A DNA stretch of 64,000 bases from Gemmatimonadaceae bacterium (GTDB lineage Bacteria > Gemmatimonadota > Gemmatimonadetes > Gemmatimonadales > Gemmatimonadaceae). This document shows positions 1 to 9,367 of the stretch, one piece after another. The notes under the pieces were generated by a model, which ran no database searches, had not been told where the DNA came from, and saw nothing but the letters and a program-made list of their open reading frames with translations. The stretch is from the NCBI GenBank assembly GCA_044224875.1, contig JBGAJQ010000022.1, positions 1 to 64,000 of the forward strand, written 5' to 3'. Every line of letters starts with the position of its first letter. Within the stretch, counting starts at the first letter, position 1. The translations under genes and the position numbers were made by a program.

Positions 1-426
1 GATGTCACACTCCCCCGCTATGCCAATGGCAGCTCCGCGGTAGGTATTGAACGGACCTGATGGAACAAGGTCCAGTGCCTTGGCCAACAGAGCATTGTTG
101 CCTAGAGTGGGGTGTGCATCGAGCGGGAGGTGAGACGCGTATACGGCAAGGTCATTTGTGAATATCAGCCGAAACCGACGATAGAGTGCCCCAATGATCG
201 GCTGCGGACCATTCCAAAAAAGCCCGTGATGAACAATGAGCATGTTTGCGCTCGACTTGACGGCCGCATCGAGCACACTGAGCGACACGTCGACCGAGGC
301 GGCGATTCCGGTAATGTGGCCGAGGTTCTCGACCTGGAGCCCATTGAGCGCCGCTGGGTAGTCCGGGACTGTGCCAACGCCCACGACTTCGTCTAGATAC
401 CGGGCAACGTCGCGTGACGAGGGCAC
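1..426 (-). CDS. Nif3-like dinuclear metal centre protein (YbgI family), 3' end runs off the window
   Basis: Not in the ORF track. My translation from GTG at 426 gives MPSSRDVARYLDEVVGVGTVPDYPAALNGLQVEN...LIVHHGLFW...YASHLPLDAHPTLGNN, with the NGLQV, HHG and HLPLDAH..GNN motifs of Nif3. Confidence 0.9.
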   Translation of the reverse strand, partial: MPSSRDVARYLDEVVGVGTVPDYPAALNGLQVENLGHITGIAASVDVSLSVLDAAVKSSANMLIVHHGLFWNGPQPIIGALYRRFRLIFTNDLAVYASHLPLDAHPTLGNNALLAKALDLVPSGPFNTYRGAAIGIAGECDI

Positions 427-427
427 G

Positions 428-1444
428 CTAGCGTGTTGCGGCGGGAGTTCCATCGGGATTCAAGTGAAACGTGCCCTGTACAAATGAGCGCCACACGGCA
501 TCTGCGGTCGACTGAACGGCCGACGAGACTCTGCTCTGCAGGGCCGGATTGGGAACGTAGCGAACAACCTGCGCCTCCGCGCCTAACGAAAAGACATGCG
601 ATTCGACCTTCCCGTCGTGGATAGCTCTTGCAACAGTCAGATAGGCTCTGGGCAAGTCGATCACGACGCTGCCGAGGACCACGTCAGGCGCAACCAAGTT
701 CTGGTTTGAATTTGAACCAACCACCACAACCGGTGGGTGTTCACGTGCGGCCTGAAAAACGCCGAGTCCTGCAGCATCGGCGTTTTGAAAGATCACATCT
801 GCACCTTGGGCGATCTGGGCCAAGGCTTGTTCCTTCGCGGCACTGGCATCGTCCCAATTCCCCACGTATGCCGTCACCAGGCGCACCTTTGGATTGACCG
901 ACCGAGCGCCTTCGGAAAAGGCTGTAAAGCCTGAGCGAACAGGAGGAAGTTCAGTTCCCCCCAGCAACCCAATGGTGCCGGTCTTCGTAACGGACGCCGC
1001 GATCATGCCGGCGACGTACGCAGGTTCCTCAAAGGCGAATCGCATGCCGGCATAGTTAGGTCCGGCAAAGTCGCTTGATGTAACAACAAAGAAGCTCTCG
1101 GGATAGGAAGGTGCGACTCGTCTTGCGGCATCCTGGAATTCAAAGCCGTGCCCGAAAACGACACGGTACCCCTGTCGGCCGTACTCGCGGAAGTTCTCCT
1201 CGAACTCCGCTGGCGTCTTTGTCTGGATATGACTGATCTGCGCACCGAGAGAGTCGCGAATCATGAGCAGGCCATCGTACGCGCCGGTATTCCACGAACG
1301 ATCGGTGATGGGTCCTGGCGTGAGTAAGGCAACTCGAAATGCAGGGGCCGACGGTACCTTCTGTGCCACCTTCCCGCAGGCGAGAAGCGGCGAAAAAATC
1401 AACAGCGCGCGACTAAGCGCGAAGAAGCCGATCGATGAACGCAT
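428..1444 (-). CDS. BMP-family ABC transporter substrate-binding lipoprotein (nucleoside/purine type)
   Basis: Lipobox LLAC; D.SWN..AYDGL, GHGFEF, YVGNWDD and GADVIFQNA motifs. Confidence 0.9.
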   Translation of the reverse strand: MRSSIGFFALSRALLIFSPLLACGKVAQKVPSAPAFRVALLTPGPITDRSWNTGAYDGLLMIRDSLGAQISHIQTKTPAEFEENFREYGRQGYRVVFGHGFEFQDAARRVAPSYPESFFVVTSSDFAGPNYAGMRFAFEEPAYVAGMIAASVTKTGTIGLLGGTELPPVRSGFTAFSEGARSVNPKVRLVTAYVGNWDDASAAKEQALAQIAQGADVIFQNADAAGLGVFQAAREHPPVVVVGSNSNQNLVAPDVVLGSVVIDLPRAYLTVARAIHDGKVESHVFSLGAEAQVVRYVPNPALQSRVSSAVQSTADAVWRSFVQGTFHLNPDGTPAATR

Positions 1445-1498
1445 GCCACAGTGTCCGGTGCGAGGTGTGCCGGTGGTGCGTCTCCGACACTCGATGTC

Positions 1499-1924
1499 TT
1501 ATTGCGAGAGAACCAACGTGCTACGTGCTGTGTTTTGCGAGTTCTTCCCGTCCATCCGCACCGTACCGTTGATGACGCCACCCTCGAGCACGACGATGCA
1601 CTTCGTCTGGATGTCTCCCTCGATCGAGCACGTGCTCTGAACCTCGGCACGCTGGGCCGCGAGCACCGATCCAACGACCTTGCCGCCAAGTACAACTTCA
1701 TCGGCGCAGACATCGCCAAGTACGGAGCCCGAGCGTCCGAGCAGCACCTGTTTGGCGGCGCGGATGGAACCTTCCACCATACCGTCGACCTTGATAACGC
1801 CGGTGCTCTCGATATCACCAATCACCTTCATGCCTGCGCCGATGACTGAAAGGGCGGCCTCTGAACTCACGGCGTCTTGACGTGTGGCCACGCGTTCACC
1901 TCCGGTCTTAGTGAAAAGCGACAT
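1499..1924 (-). CDS. Bactofilin (polymer-forming cytoskeletal protein)
   Basis: SVIGAGMKVIGDI...IKVDGMVEGSI...IEGDI...GGVINGTVRM beta-helix repeats. Confidence 0.9.
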   Translation of the reverse strand: MSLFTKTGGERVATRQDAVSSEAALSVIGAGMKVIGDIESTGVIKVDGMVEGSIRAAKQVLLGRSGSVLGDVCADEVVLGGKVVGSVLAAQRAEVQSTCSIEGDIQTKCIVVLEGGVINGTVRMDGKNSQNTARSTLVLSQ

Positions 1925-1948
1925 TGGTTAGGCACTCCAAGGGCAAGG

Positions 1949-2872
1949 TCATTCAAATGAAGGTTCCGACCCTAGAATAAGAGTGAGAACGCGGTCCAGG
2001 TCGTCAGCTGAAAAGAAGCGAATCTTGATCTCTCCTTCAGCGCGTGCATTCGCAACGATGCTCACGTCTGTTTGCAGGCGACGGCGTAGAAGATCAACCA
2101 CTCGGCGCGCATCAGCGGACTCGGCGCTCGAAGGGGAGTCCGACTTCGGTTGAGCCGCATCAGGAGTCGGGCTGGAGGAGTTGAGAACGGGGACAGGCCG
2201 CGCGAGGCGCTCCAAGTCACGAACTGTCATTCCGTCTGCCACCACGCGATTCGCGACCTCGGTCACGTCAAATCTGCTTGGCAGCGACAGGAGTGCCCGT
2301 GCGTGCCCAACCGACAGCCTGCCATTTCGGACCATCTCGCGAACCGCAGAGGGGAGCTGTCGCAGACGAAGGAGATTCGCGACCGTCGAACGATCCTTAC
2401 CAACCGAGGTCGCGACTTGCTGTTGAGTCAGCGAGAACTCCTCAATTAGGCGGTGATACCCGTCAGCCTCTTCGATCGGGTTGAGGTCCGATCGTTGAAG
2501 GTTTTCAACGAGCGCCAACGTTAGCATCTCTCTGTTGCCTAATTGGCGCACTATTGTCGGTATAGTGGCCCAACCAAGTGCCGAAGCGGCCCTGAGCCTA
2601 CGCTCGCCAGCAATGAGCTCATAGCCGCCTTCCGCTGCGCGAACCGCGATAGGTTGGAGCAAGCCGCTGGATTTCATCGATTCCTGGAGCTCAGCGAGCT
2701 CTGCCTCAGCAAATTCGCGGCGTGGCTGAAACGGATTTGGTCGAATATCGGGAAGCGGAATTTCCCGATGAAGTTCGGAACTCAGGTTCTGTTGAGGAAC
2801 AAGGGTTGCTGGACCGCCAAGGAGAGCGCCGAGTCCTCGTCCCAACCGTCGCTGTTTTTCAGGCGGAGTCAT
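1949..2872 (-). CDS. parB: Chromosome partitioning protein ParB/Spo0J
   Basis: LGRGLGALL N-terminal peptide, PNPFQPR, LIAGERRLRA (GxxRxxA), ALVENLQRSDLNPIEEA, HTH RSTVANLLRL. Confidence 0.97.
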   Translation of the reverse strand: MTPPEKQRRLGRGLGALLGGPATLVPQQNLSSELHREIPLPDIRPNPFQPRREFAEAELAELQESMKSSGLLQPIAVRAAEGGYELIAGERRLRAASALGWATIPTIVRQLGNREMLTLALVENLQRSDLNPIEEADGYHRLIEEFSLTQQQVATSVGKDRSTVANLLRLRQLPSAVREMVRNGRLSVGHARALLSLPSRFDVTEVANRVVADGMTVRDLERLARPVPVLNSSSPTPDAAQPKSDSPSSAESADARRVVDLLRRRLQTDVSIVANARAEGEIKIRFFSADDLDRVLTLILGSEPSFE

Positions 2873-2908
2873 GACTGTTGGAGTGCAGCAGGCGTGTGGA
2901 AAAGTGAA

Positions 2909-3733
2909 TTAGCTGGACGACGGAAGTGAGGCCGAGGGCAAGCTAGGACTCTCGGTGGAAACATTTGTTCCCAATCGAGCAATAACCTCTTTGGCAAGAT
3001 TCATGTACGCGACTGCACCGACCGAAGCCAAGTCATAGGATACGATGGGTCGCCCGAAACTCGGAGCCTCAGCTAATCGGACATTGCGTGGAATAACGGT
3101 GTCGAAAACCCGCGATCCAAAGTAGGCGCGAGCATCCGCTGCAACCTGCCTGGACAGATTCAAGCGTGCGTCATACATGGTGAGAGCGACACCGAAGAGG
3201 TGGAGGTGCTCATTGAGATTCTGCTGGACGAGCTGAATGGTGCTCATGAGCTGGCTAATTCCCTCAAGCGCGAAGTACTCGCACTGAAGGGGGATAAACA
3301 CCGAATCCTCCGCGCTGAGCATGTTTACTGTGATCAGACCCAGTGAAGGTGGACAGTCGATCAGGACAACGTCATAGGCGGATCGGACGCTCTCGATGGA
3401 GTTCCTCAGGCGATGCTCTCGGCTGGCAACGTCCACGAGCTCGATCTCCGCACCGGCCAGGTCGGGAGTAGCTGGTAGTACGTCGAGCAGAGGGAACTGC
3501 ACGGCCTTGAGTATTGCCTCTTCAGCACGCACGTCGCCTATGAGCACGTCGTAGGTTGTGCCTCGGCGTTGGTCGTGGGTTATACCTAGCCCACTCGACG
3601 CGTTGCCCTGTGGATCGCCGTCAATGAGCAGTACTCTCTGCTCCGCGATCGCCAACGAGGCGGCAAGGTTTATGGCAGTGGTCGTCTTACCGACTCCACC
3701 TTTCTGATTTGCCACGGCGGAAACGTGTGACAA
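2909..3733 (-). CDS. parA: Chromosome partitioning ATPase ParA/Soj
   Basis: NQKGGVGKTTT deviant Walker A, DGDPQGNAS, DCPPSLG, IPRNVRLAEAPSFG; directly upstream of parB. Confidence 0.97.
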   Translation of the reverse strand: MSHVSAVANQKGGVGKTTTAINLAASLAIAEQRVLLIDGDPQGNASSGLGITHDQRRGTTYDVLIGDVRAEEAILKAVQFPLLDVLPATPDLAGAEIELVDVASREHRLRNSIESVRSAYDVVLIDCPPSLGLITVNMLSAEDSVFIPLQCEYFALEGISQLMSTIQLVQQNLNEHLHLFGVALTMYDARLNLSRQVAADARAYFGSRVFDTVIPRNVRLAEAPSFGRPIVSYDLASVGAVAYMNLAKEVIARLGTNVSTESPSLPSASLPSSS

Positions 3734-3795
3734 TGACGGTCCTCAAGGGCTGGGCGCGGAATATAGAAATCCCAAGCATCAACAGCTAGGCGCTT

Positions 3796-3811
3796 TGTTC
3801 CACGTGGAACA
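3796..3811. other. parS: parS centromere site
   Basis: Perfect 16-bp palindrome TGTTCCACGTGGAACA matching the parS consensus, about 60 bp upstream of parA. Confidence 0.93.
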
Positions 3812-4263
3812 TTGGCGGATTCGGCGACTCATGCAATTCCCTGATCACTGAACTGCGGATACTCCTTGTCGCGCTGAGGGTGACGCAGCGGGGTTGCCCC
3901 ACGCGGTGGAGCAAGAAAAGTCCTATCGTCGGGAAGACATGGCTGTCGGACGTCGCAACTGAGATACCGTGTCGCTCGATTCACGAATACCGTGTGACGG
4001 CGACTCGGCGACAAAAAAGCCAGATCGTCTAAGCCAAGGGGCAACGAGCCCTCTAGACCTTAGCCGGCGAGCACAATGGCAGCGGGCGGACTTTCCATGG
4101 CCTGACCAAGACTGCGCCGCTGCGAATTGAGTGCGTCTACGGCTCGGCATGGCCATGCCACACGCAAGACTCACGAATACCGGATGGCGTCGAGTACTCC
4201 GCAGCTGGGCCCGTCGCCGCTCCTGGTGCGCGCGATGTGGCGCACGCCGCTACCGTGCAAGGG

Positions 4264-4286
4264 ATTAGTATCAATTAGCTACTAAT
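4264..4286. promoter_or_regulatory. Palindromic operator-like site ATTAGT-N11-ACTAAT, copy 1
   Basis: ATTAGT ATCAATTAGCT ACTAAT in an AT-rich patch of the 3812-4544 intergenic region; same half-sites and spacing as at 8641 and 48968. Confidence 0.7.
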
Positions 4287-4544
4287 TAATCGTTAGGCGG
4301 ACCTGGTAAGACCTTCGCGAAGCCAAGCTTCGTGCGGAGCTGGATCGCGAGTCTGCTGGACACGGTGGATCTCAGCTCTCCCGGCTGCGTGCCTCGGAGC
4401 TTCACTGCATCCAGGAAACGGGACGGGTGTCCGGTCGCACCGCCGTACCACGCAGGGTGCCGTCCTCAGGGAAGTGGGAGTACCGTAGCTGCAACGACCA
4501 CCTCAACGCGGTCACGCGCACCGTCACGCGTTCTTCGTGTCAGT

Positions 4545-6602
4545 CTACGGCAGGTCGAAGCGCGGGCCTCCCACCGACGTCTCTTGGCGCCATGCTCGCA
4601 CGAGAGAGTCTATCGAGATGGGCTTCAACTCCAAGCTTGCCCCAATCTCGTTATTGACCGGACGCAAGAGAAAAAGGGGACGCGAAGGGTGCTGCGCAAG
4701 CATCAGCGAATCGCGCGCATGAAGGTCGCGAACGTAGATGTTCGAGCCTTGATCCAGCGCGTGAAGCGGGGCCAGCAGGGTGAATCCCTGGCGATCCTCA
4801 GCGATTCTAGTTAGGCACAGCGAAGAGTACTTCGCGCCGGGCAGCATCCGCTCAGTGCGATCGGGCGACAGCTCGGTCTTCACGACCCGCGAAGAATCGC
4901 GAAGCCATGGGATGAGCGCACGCATTGCGGCGCTGTCGCGCACTTGAGAGCGCTCAACGTCGATGATCGCGTGTTCAAGGACGCACGAATCGACGCCGCG
5001 ATAGAGCGCTTCGGCCTCTGTGCGAGGCACACCTAGCGCCCAGAGTCGGGCAACGAGCTGCGTGCCCCAACTTTCCCGAACAAATATCAGGGCATTGGCT
5101 ACCTTCGACTCCCGAGCAGGCGCCGTGTAATCAAGTCGCATGGACGCGAGGCCGCCCTCGTACTGCTTCACGCGCACCGGCACGGAAAAGCACAAGCCCA
5201 TAAGGCCAGCCGTTCCAAGGGAAAAGGCGGCGACGCGCACTGGCGGCGACCCAGTACCCGTTACGCGGCGGAGCTCAGCGACAAATCGCGCGGACCAAAG
5301 CGCGAGCAAGGGCATCAACGGAAACAGAAAACGAGGGCCGAGATAGAAGCCATCGTGCCAGTAGGCAAAGTACCCGATCAAGAGCAGGCCGCTCGACCAC
5401 AGGATCAGTCGATCAGCGCGACTCAAACGAGATCCGATGGCCATGGCTCCGAGCGCTGGCAAGAGCGATGGCACCGAGGATTCGAACAAATACGACTGCA
5501 GGCGCAAGAAGTAGATGTTGATCAACTCGAGCCCGCGTGCCGGCGTATGCGCGAAGCCCCACGGTGCACGATGAAAGCCTAACGCGTGGCTCTTTCCCCA
5601 AAGGAGCTCGTATCCGAAGAGGAGCGGATCGCCCGTGGTACGGCTGTTGTAGAAGAGGACTAATCCGACCGGTATAGCGACGCCCACTCCCGCGGCAAGG
5701 AGATCGGGTAGTCGCGCCGAATTGCGAAGGGCAGCCCACAACAACAAGAAGCCGATTGGTGCCGCATAAGCTGCTCCATCGACTGGACGAACGGCGGCCA
5801 TTGCTCCGAGGGCGAGCCCGAGCACCACGGCGAGCCGAAGGGAACCGTTAACGCGGCTGCTCCACTCAGCGGCGGCGAGCAGCGCCACGACACCGAAGAG
5901 CAGCGTTGGCACGCTGTTCATATGCGAACCGGCCATGAAGGCCATGAACGGCGCCAATGTGAAGAGTACAGATGCGCCCAGCACAACGGTTGGCCGATCA
6001 TCCAGCCGCTGCATGAGATACCAGAATGCAACTACCGCCAGGGCGCCACAAACCGGACCGACTAACCACACCGCGCCGACAAGGACTCCGAGCATGAGCA
6101 CGAATGGGCCGCCGGGCGGAAACTGGGAGTACCAGCGCCCACCCATATCGACCATATGCAAGATGCTGAAGAACTCCGGGTTCGCCGGTGCTGGAAGTGT
6201 TAGGCGACCGCTTGCGAAAATCCGCGCCTGAATCACCTGAACGAGCTCGTCGATGAGCAAGGGGCGTGCATCGAAAACAGCGTAAGCGATCGTGGCATAA
6301 AGGCTGAACGCAACAACGCCGAGTACGAGGCCGGTTCGGTGCGGACGCCCTACCGCGCGCAAGGCCAGAGCTTCTCCCAGTCCCGTTCGCCACAATGGGA
6401 GTCGGCGCGACAGGATCGCGAGCACAAGCCCCAACCCAACGGCTATCGCACTTCCACTCAGCCATTCACTGGCCACTTGGGCGTACCAGTCAGCCTCGTG
6501 TCCACCCTGAATCCAATTCGCGATGGGGAGAAGGCCAAGGAGCGCCAGGGCCGACACGGCAAGAACCCGGAGGAAGGTCGACCGTGCGAGCTTTGAGATC
6601 AC
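4545..6602 (-). CDS. Polytopic membrane protein, GT-C fold glycosyltransferase-like (ArnT/PMT type)
   Basis: Many hydrophobic helices, loop motif LIDE...QARIFASG, YSQFPPG, GPRFLFP and a soluble C-terminal domain. Confidence 0.65.
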   Translation of the reverse strand: MISKLARSTFLRVLAVSALALLGLLPIANWIQGGHEADWYAQVASEWLSGSAIAVGLGLVLAILSRRLPLWRTGLGEALALRAVGRPHRTGLVLGVVAFSLYATIAYAVFDARPLLIDELVQVIQARIFASGRLTLPAPANPEFFSILHMVDMGGRWYSQFPPGGPFVLMLGVLVGAVWLVGPVCGALAVVAFWYLMQRLDDRPTVVLGASVLFTLAPFMAFMAGSHMNSVPTLLFGVVALLAAAEWSSRVNGSLRLAVVLGLALGAMAAVRPVDGAAYAAPIGFLLLWAALRNSARLPDLLAAGVGVAIPVGLVLFYNSRTTGDPLLFGYELLWGKSHALGFHRAPWGFAHTPARGLELINIYFLRLQSYLFESSVPSLLPALGAMAIGSRLSRADRLILWSSGLLLIGYFAYWHDGFYLGPRFLFPLMPLLALWSARFVAELRRVTGTGSPPVRVAAFSLGTAGLMGLCFSVPVRVKQYEGGLASMRLDYTAPARESKVANALIFVRESWGTQLVARLWALGVPRTEAEALYRGVDSCVLEHAIIDVERSQVRDSAAMRALIPWLRDSSRVVKTELSPDRTERMLPGAKYSSLCLTRIAEDRQGFTLLAPLHALDQGSNIYVRDLHARDSLMLAQHPSRPLFLLRPVNNEIGASLELKPISIDSLVRAWRQETSVGGPRFDLP

Positions 6603-6657
6603 GAGCGAGGGGCTGGTGGTGACGAATTCTGACCGAGCGGTTGCTCATCGCTCCGAC

Positions 6658-8595
6658 TCAAGACGCGTCGCCAATGTGTGCGGCAACCCTCCGCCATCGC
6701 TCGACTTCTATAACCAAGTTCTGAAGGTCGCTCGGGCTCACTCCCGGAATTGATGCTGCTTGGGCAAGGGATGCCGGCTTCCGTGCCGCCAGTTTCTGTC
6801 GTGACTCAATCGAAAGGGACCGAAAGCCCTCGTACGGGAGATCCGGATCCAGCCCGAAATGACCCATTCGCCGAAGTCGATCGGCGTGGGTCCGCTCACG
6901 TTCGAAGTAACCGGCGTACTTCAGTTCCAAGGATACCGTCGAGATCGCGTCTCGTGGCAGCGCGACTCCAACGCCCACTGCTTCGAATAGGGCGGATAGC
7001 TCGACGCCCTGTCGCTTCGCGAGCTCGGCGATCCTCATCGACTGGTCGATAGGGGTGCTACCAACCGCCTCGAGCAGCGCATTGACTTGCTCGGGTCGGG
7101 CCGAGCTGCGCTGGGCCACTGCCACCGCTTCAGACTCGGCGTTGAGACGCGCGGTGATCCAGCGTTCCTCGTCTTGCCGAAACAACCCGAGTGACATCGC
7201 GATGGGAGCCAATCGGGTCAGCGCGTTGTCTTGTCGATTGGTAAGTCGGAATTCAGAACGGGACGTAAACAGCCTGTATGGCTCATCGACGCCTCGCGAG
7301 ACGAGGTCATCGACGAGTACGCCTACATACGACGTCTCTCGGCCCAAAATGACGGGTGCGCGGCCCAATGCGTAATTGCCGGCGTTGCAGCCGGCGACCA
7401 CCCCTTGACCGGCAGCTTCCTCATAGCCCGTCGTGCCGTTCACTTGACCCGCGAGGAACAACCCGGGGATTGCGTGGCTCTCCAGCGTCGCCTTGAGTTG
7501 AGTCGGCGGGAAGTAGTCGTACTCAATGGCGTAACCGGCCCGCGTCATCTGCACGTCGTGGAGCCCGGGAACGGTTCGCAGAATTTCGACCTGGAGGGCG
7601 GCAGGAAGGGACGTGGAGAGTCCATTCACGTACAATTCGGTCGTATCGTGACCTTCTGGCTCCAGGAAGAGTTGGTGACGCTCCGCATCGGGGAAGCGGA
7701 TGATCTTGTCCTCCACGGACGGGCAGTAGCGCGGCCCACGCGCTCCTATCGCTCCTCCGTACATTGCGGACTCCACTATGTTGCTGGCGATCAGCTGCTT
7801 CCCTGTGCTTTCGAGAAAGGTGATCCAGCAGGGGAGTTGTACCGGATGACGCGTACCTCCTGAGTGCTTCCTAGGGGTAGTCCACAAGTGAGACCAACTG
7901 AAATCGAAATGGTCCACCTCAGACTCTTGTCGTTCCAGCGATGAGAAGTCCACCGTTCGACCGTCGATTCGCGGAGGAGTGCCGGTCTTGAAGCGAGCGG
8001 TCTGGAGCCCGAGTTGTTCGAGCTGGTCGGCGAGGTGTGTGGTGGAGACCTCGCCGGCGCGGCCGCCGGCCACACTGGTTCGCGTTCCGATGTGAATACG
8101 GCCGCGGAGAAAAGTGCCCGATGTGATCACCACGCTCTTGGCCGCGAAGCGACGGCCCTCGAGCGTCAGAACCCCTTGGATTGCATTGGTCGCAGGGTCT
8201 AGCACGAGCTGTGCAACAGTCCCTTGGATGCAGTGCAGGGCCGGCTGCTCTTCGATGAGTTGTCGAACCGCACGTCGGTACAACGAACGATCGCACTGTG
8301 CGCGAGGGGCCCATACCGCAGCCCCTTTGCTCCGGTTCAACATCCGGAATTGCACCATGGCGAGATCGGTTGCGCGAGCCATGATCCCGCCCATCGCGTC
8401 CACCTCCCGCACCACAGTCCCCTTGGCAATGCCTCCGATCGCGGGGTTGCAGGACATCTGACCGATCGTTTCGAGTGCACTCGTGATGAGACCGACGGTC
8501 GCACCGGTTCTCGCAGCCAGCACCGCGGCTTCGGTTCCAGCGTGACCGGCGCCGATGACGATGACATCGTATGTCTGCTCAAACCGATGGGTCAT
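6658..8595 (-). CDS. mnmG: tRNA uridine-5-carboxymethylaminomethyl(34) synthesis enzyme MnmG (GidA)
   Basis: VIGAGHAGTEAA, MSCNPAIGGIAKG, RFKTGTPPR, GPRYCPSVEDK, AGQVNGTTGYEEAAGQG. Confidence 0.98.
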   Translation of the reverse strand: MTHRFEQTYDVIVIGAGHAGTEAAVLAARTGATVGLITSALETIGQMSCNPAIGGIAKGTVVREVDAMGGIMARATDLAMVQFRMLNRSKGAAVWAPRAQCDRSLYRRAVRQLIEEQPALHCIQGTVAQLVLDPATNAIQGVLTLEGRRFAAKSVVITSGTFLRGRIHIGTRTSVAGGRAGEVSTTHLADQLEQLGLQTARFKTGTPPRIDGRTVDFSSLERQESEVDHFDFSWSHLWTTPRKHSGGTRHPVQLPCWITFLESTGKQLIASNIVESAMYGGAIGARGPRYCPSVEDKIIRFPDAERHQLFLEPEGHDTTELYVNGLSTSLPAALQVEILRTVPGLHDVQMTRAGYAIEYDYFPPTQLKATLESHAIPGLFLAGQVNGTTGYEEAAGQGVVAGCNAGNYALGRAPVILGRETSYVGVLVDDLVSRGVDEPYRLFTSRSEFRLTNRQDNALTRLAPIAMSLGLFRQDEERWITARLNAESEAVAVAQRSSARPEQVNALLEAVGSTPIDQSMRIAELAKRQGVELSALFEAVGVGVALPRDAISTVSLELKYAGYFERERTHADRLRRMGHFGLDPDLPYEGFRSLSIESRQKLAARKPASLAQAASIPGVSPSDLQNLVIEVERWRRVAAHIGDAS

Positions 8596-8640
8596 GCTCT
8601 CACAACCACGTAGAAGAGCGGCAGTCGTGCCATGTTGGTA

Positions 8641-8663
8641 ATTAGTTCCCCTTGCACACTAAT
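8641..8663. promoter_or_regulatory. Palindromic operator-like site ATTAGT-N11-ACTAAT, copy 2
   Basis: ATTAGT TCCCCTTGCAC ACTAAT (extends to AATTAGT...ACTAATT) in the divergent gap between mnmG and the 8742 ORF. Confidence 0.75.
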
Positions 8664-8741
8664 TCTGATTGGCCTGGCTTCGTGGTCTATTGCGATTCCG
8701 TCGCGAGGAAGCGAGCTTGCCCGGGCCACTTCATCTCTCGA

Positions 8742-9035
8742 ATGCCTTTACGTGTACCGATTGGTCATCCGTCCATTTTCATACGAAAGGACGCTTATGA
8801 ACGCGCGAACCTCTCGCGGTCTGCGCTCGATGCCCGACTCGGGCTCACCGATGAGGAATTTCGCGTTGAAGGTCGCGTTGTCTGCATCGGACCGATCTTT
8901 GAACATGAGGCGCTCCAGCAACTGATAGCCGAGCTCGAGGCCGCTGGTCTCACCTACTTTGAAGACTTCATTGAGTTCAGCGGCAACTGGCCAGACTGGC
9001 TCGCCCTCTTTGCCGTCGGAGTGTCGAACAACTAA
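8742..9035 (+). CDS. Hypothetical protein (97 aa)
   Basis: ORF 8652..9035; ATG 8742 (MPLRVP...) preferred because the upstream TTG lies inside the palindrome; globular composition ending LTYFEDFIEFSGNWPDWL. Confidence 0.7.
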   Translation: MPLRVPIGHPSIFIRKDAYERANLSRSALDARLGLTDEEFRVEGRVVCIGPIFEHEALQQLIAELEAAGLTYFEDFIEFSGNWPDWLALFAVGVSNN

Positions 9036-9307
9036 CGGCGCGTGGTGAACTGATTTGAGGTGACGGGCTCCGGACTCGCATGTCCCGTACGGAGCATCCC
9101 TTGCCATCCACAGGCTAGGCACCACCGCTTCCTAAACCAGGGAAGGAAACGATCCGAGAACGGCGACTCGATCCGCATTGTCGGCGTGTCACAATTCGGG
9201 CAGCGGTCACCTCTGGGAATTACAAACAGAAAGACCGCGGTAGCGACGACCAGCCGCACCACAAAGAGCCCGCCGAAAACGATCACGAACAACACGAGGT
9301 CGGACAC
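9032..9307 (-). CDS. Small membrane-anchored zinc-ribbon protein
   Basis: N-terminal hydrophobic helix, CPNC...CLAC pairs, GGAG upstream of the GTG start. Confidence 0.7.
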   Translation of the reverse strand: MSDLVLFVIVFGGLFVVRLVVATAVFLFVIPRGDRCPNCDTPTMRIESPFSDRFLPWFRKRWCLACGWQGMLRTGHASPEPVTSNQFTTRR

Positions 9308-9367
9308 ACGAGACTCCTGATCGCCGCAAGGTACGATACAGTGAGCAGCGAATACTCGTCAACGAGG

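Noticed and set aside
3829..4174. Short minus-strand ORFs upstream of parA
   Set aside because: No RBS or recognisable motifs, atypical composition.
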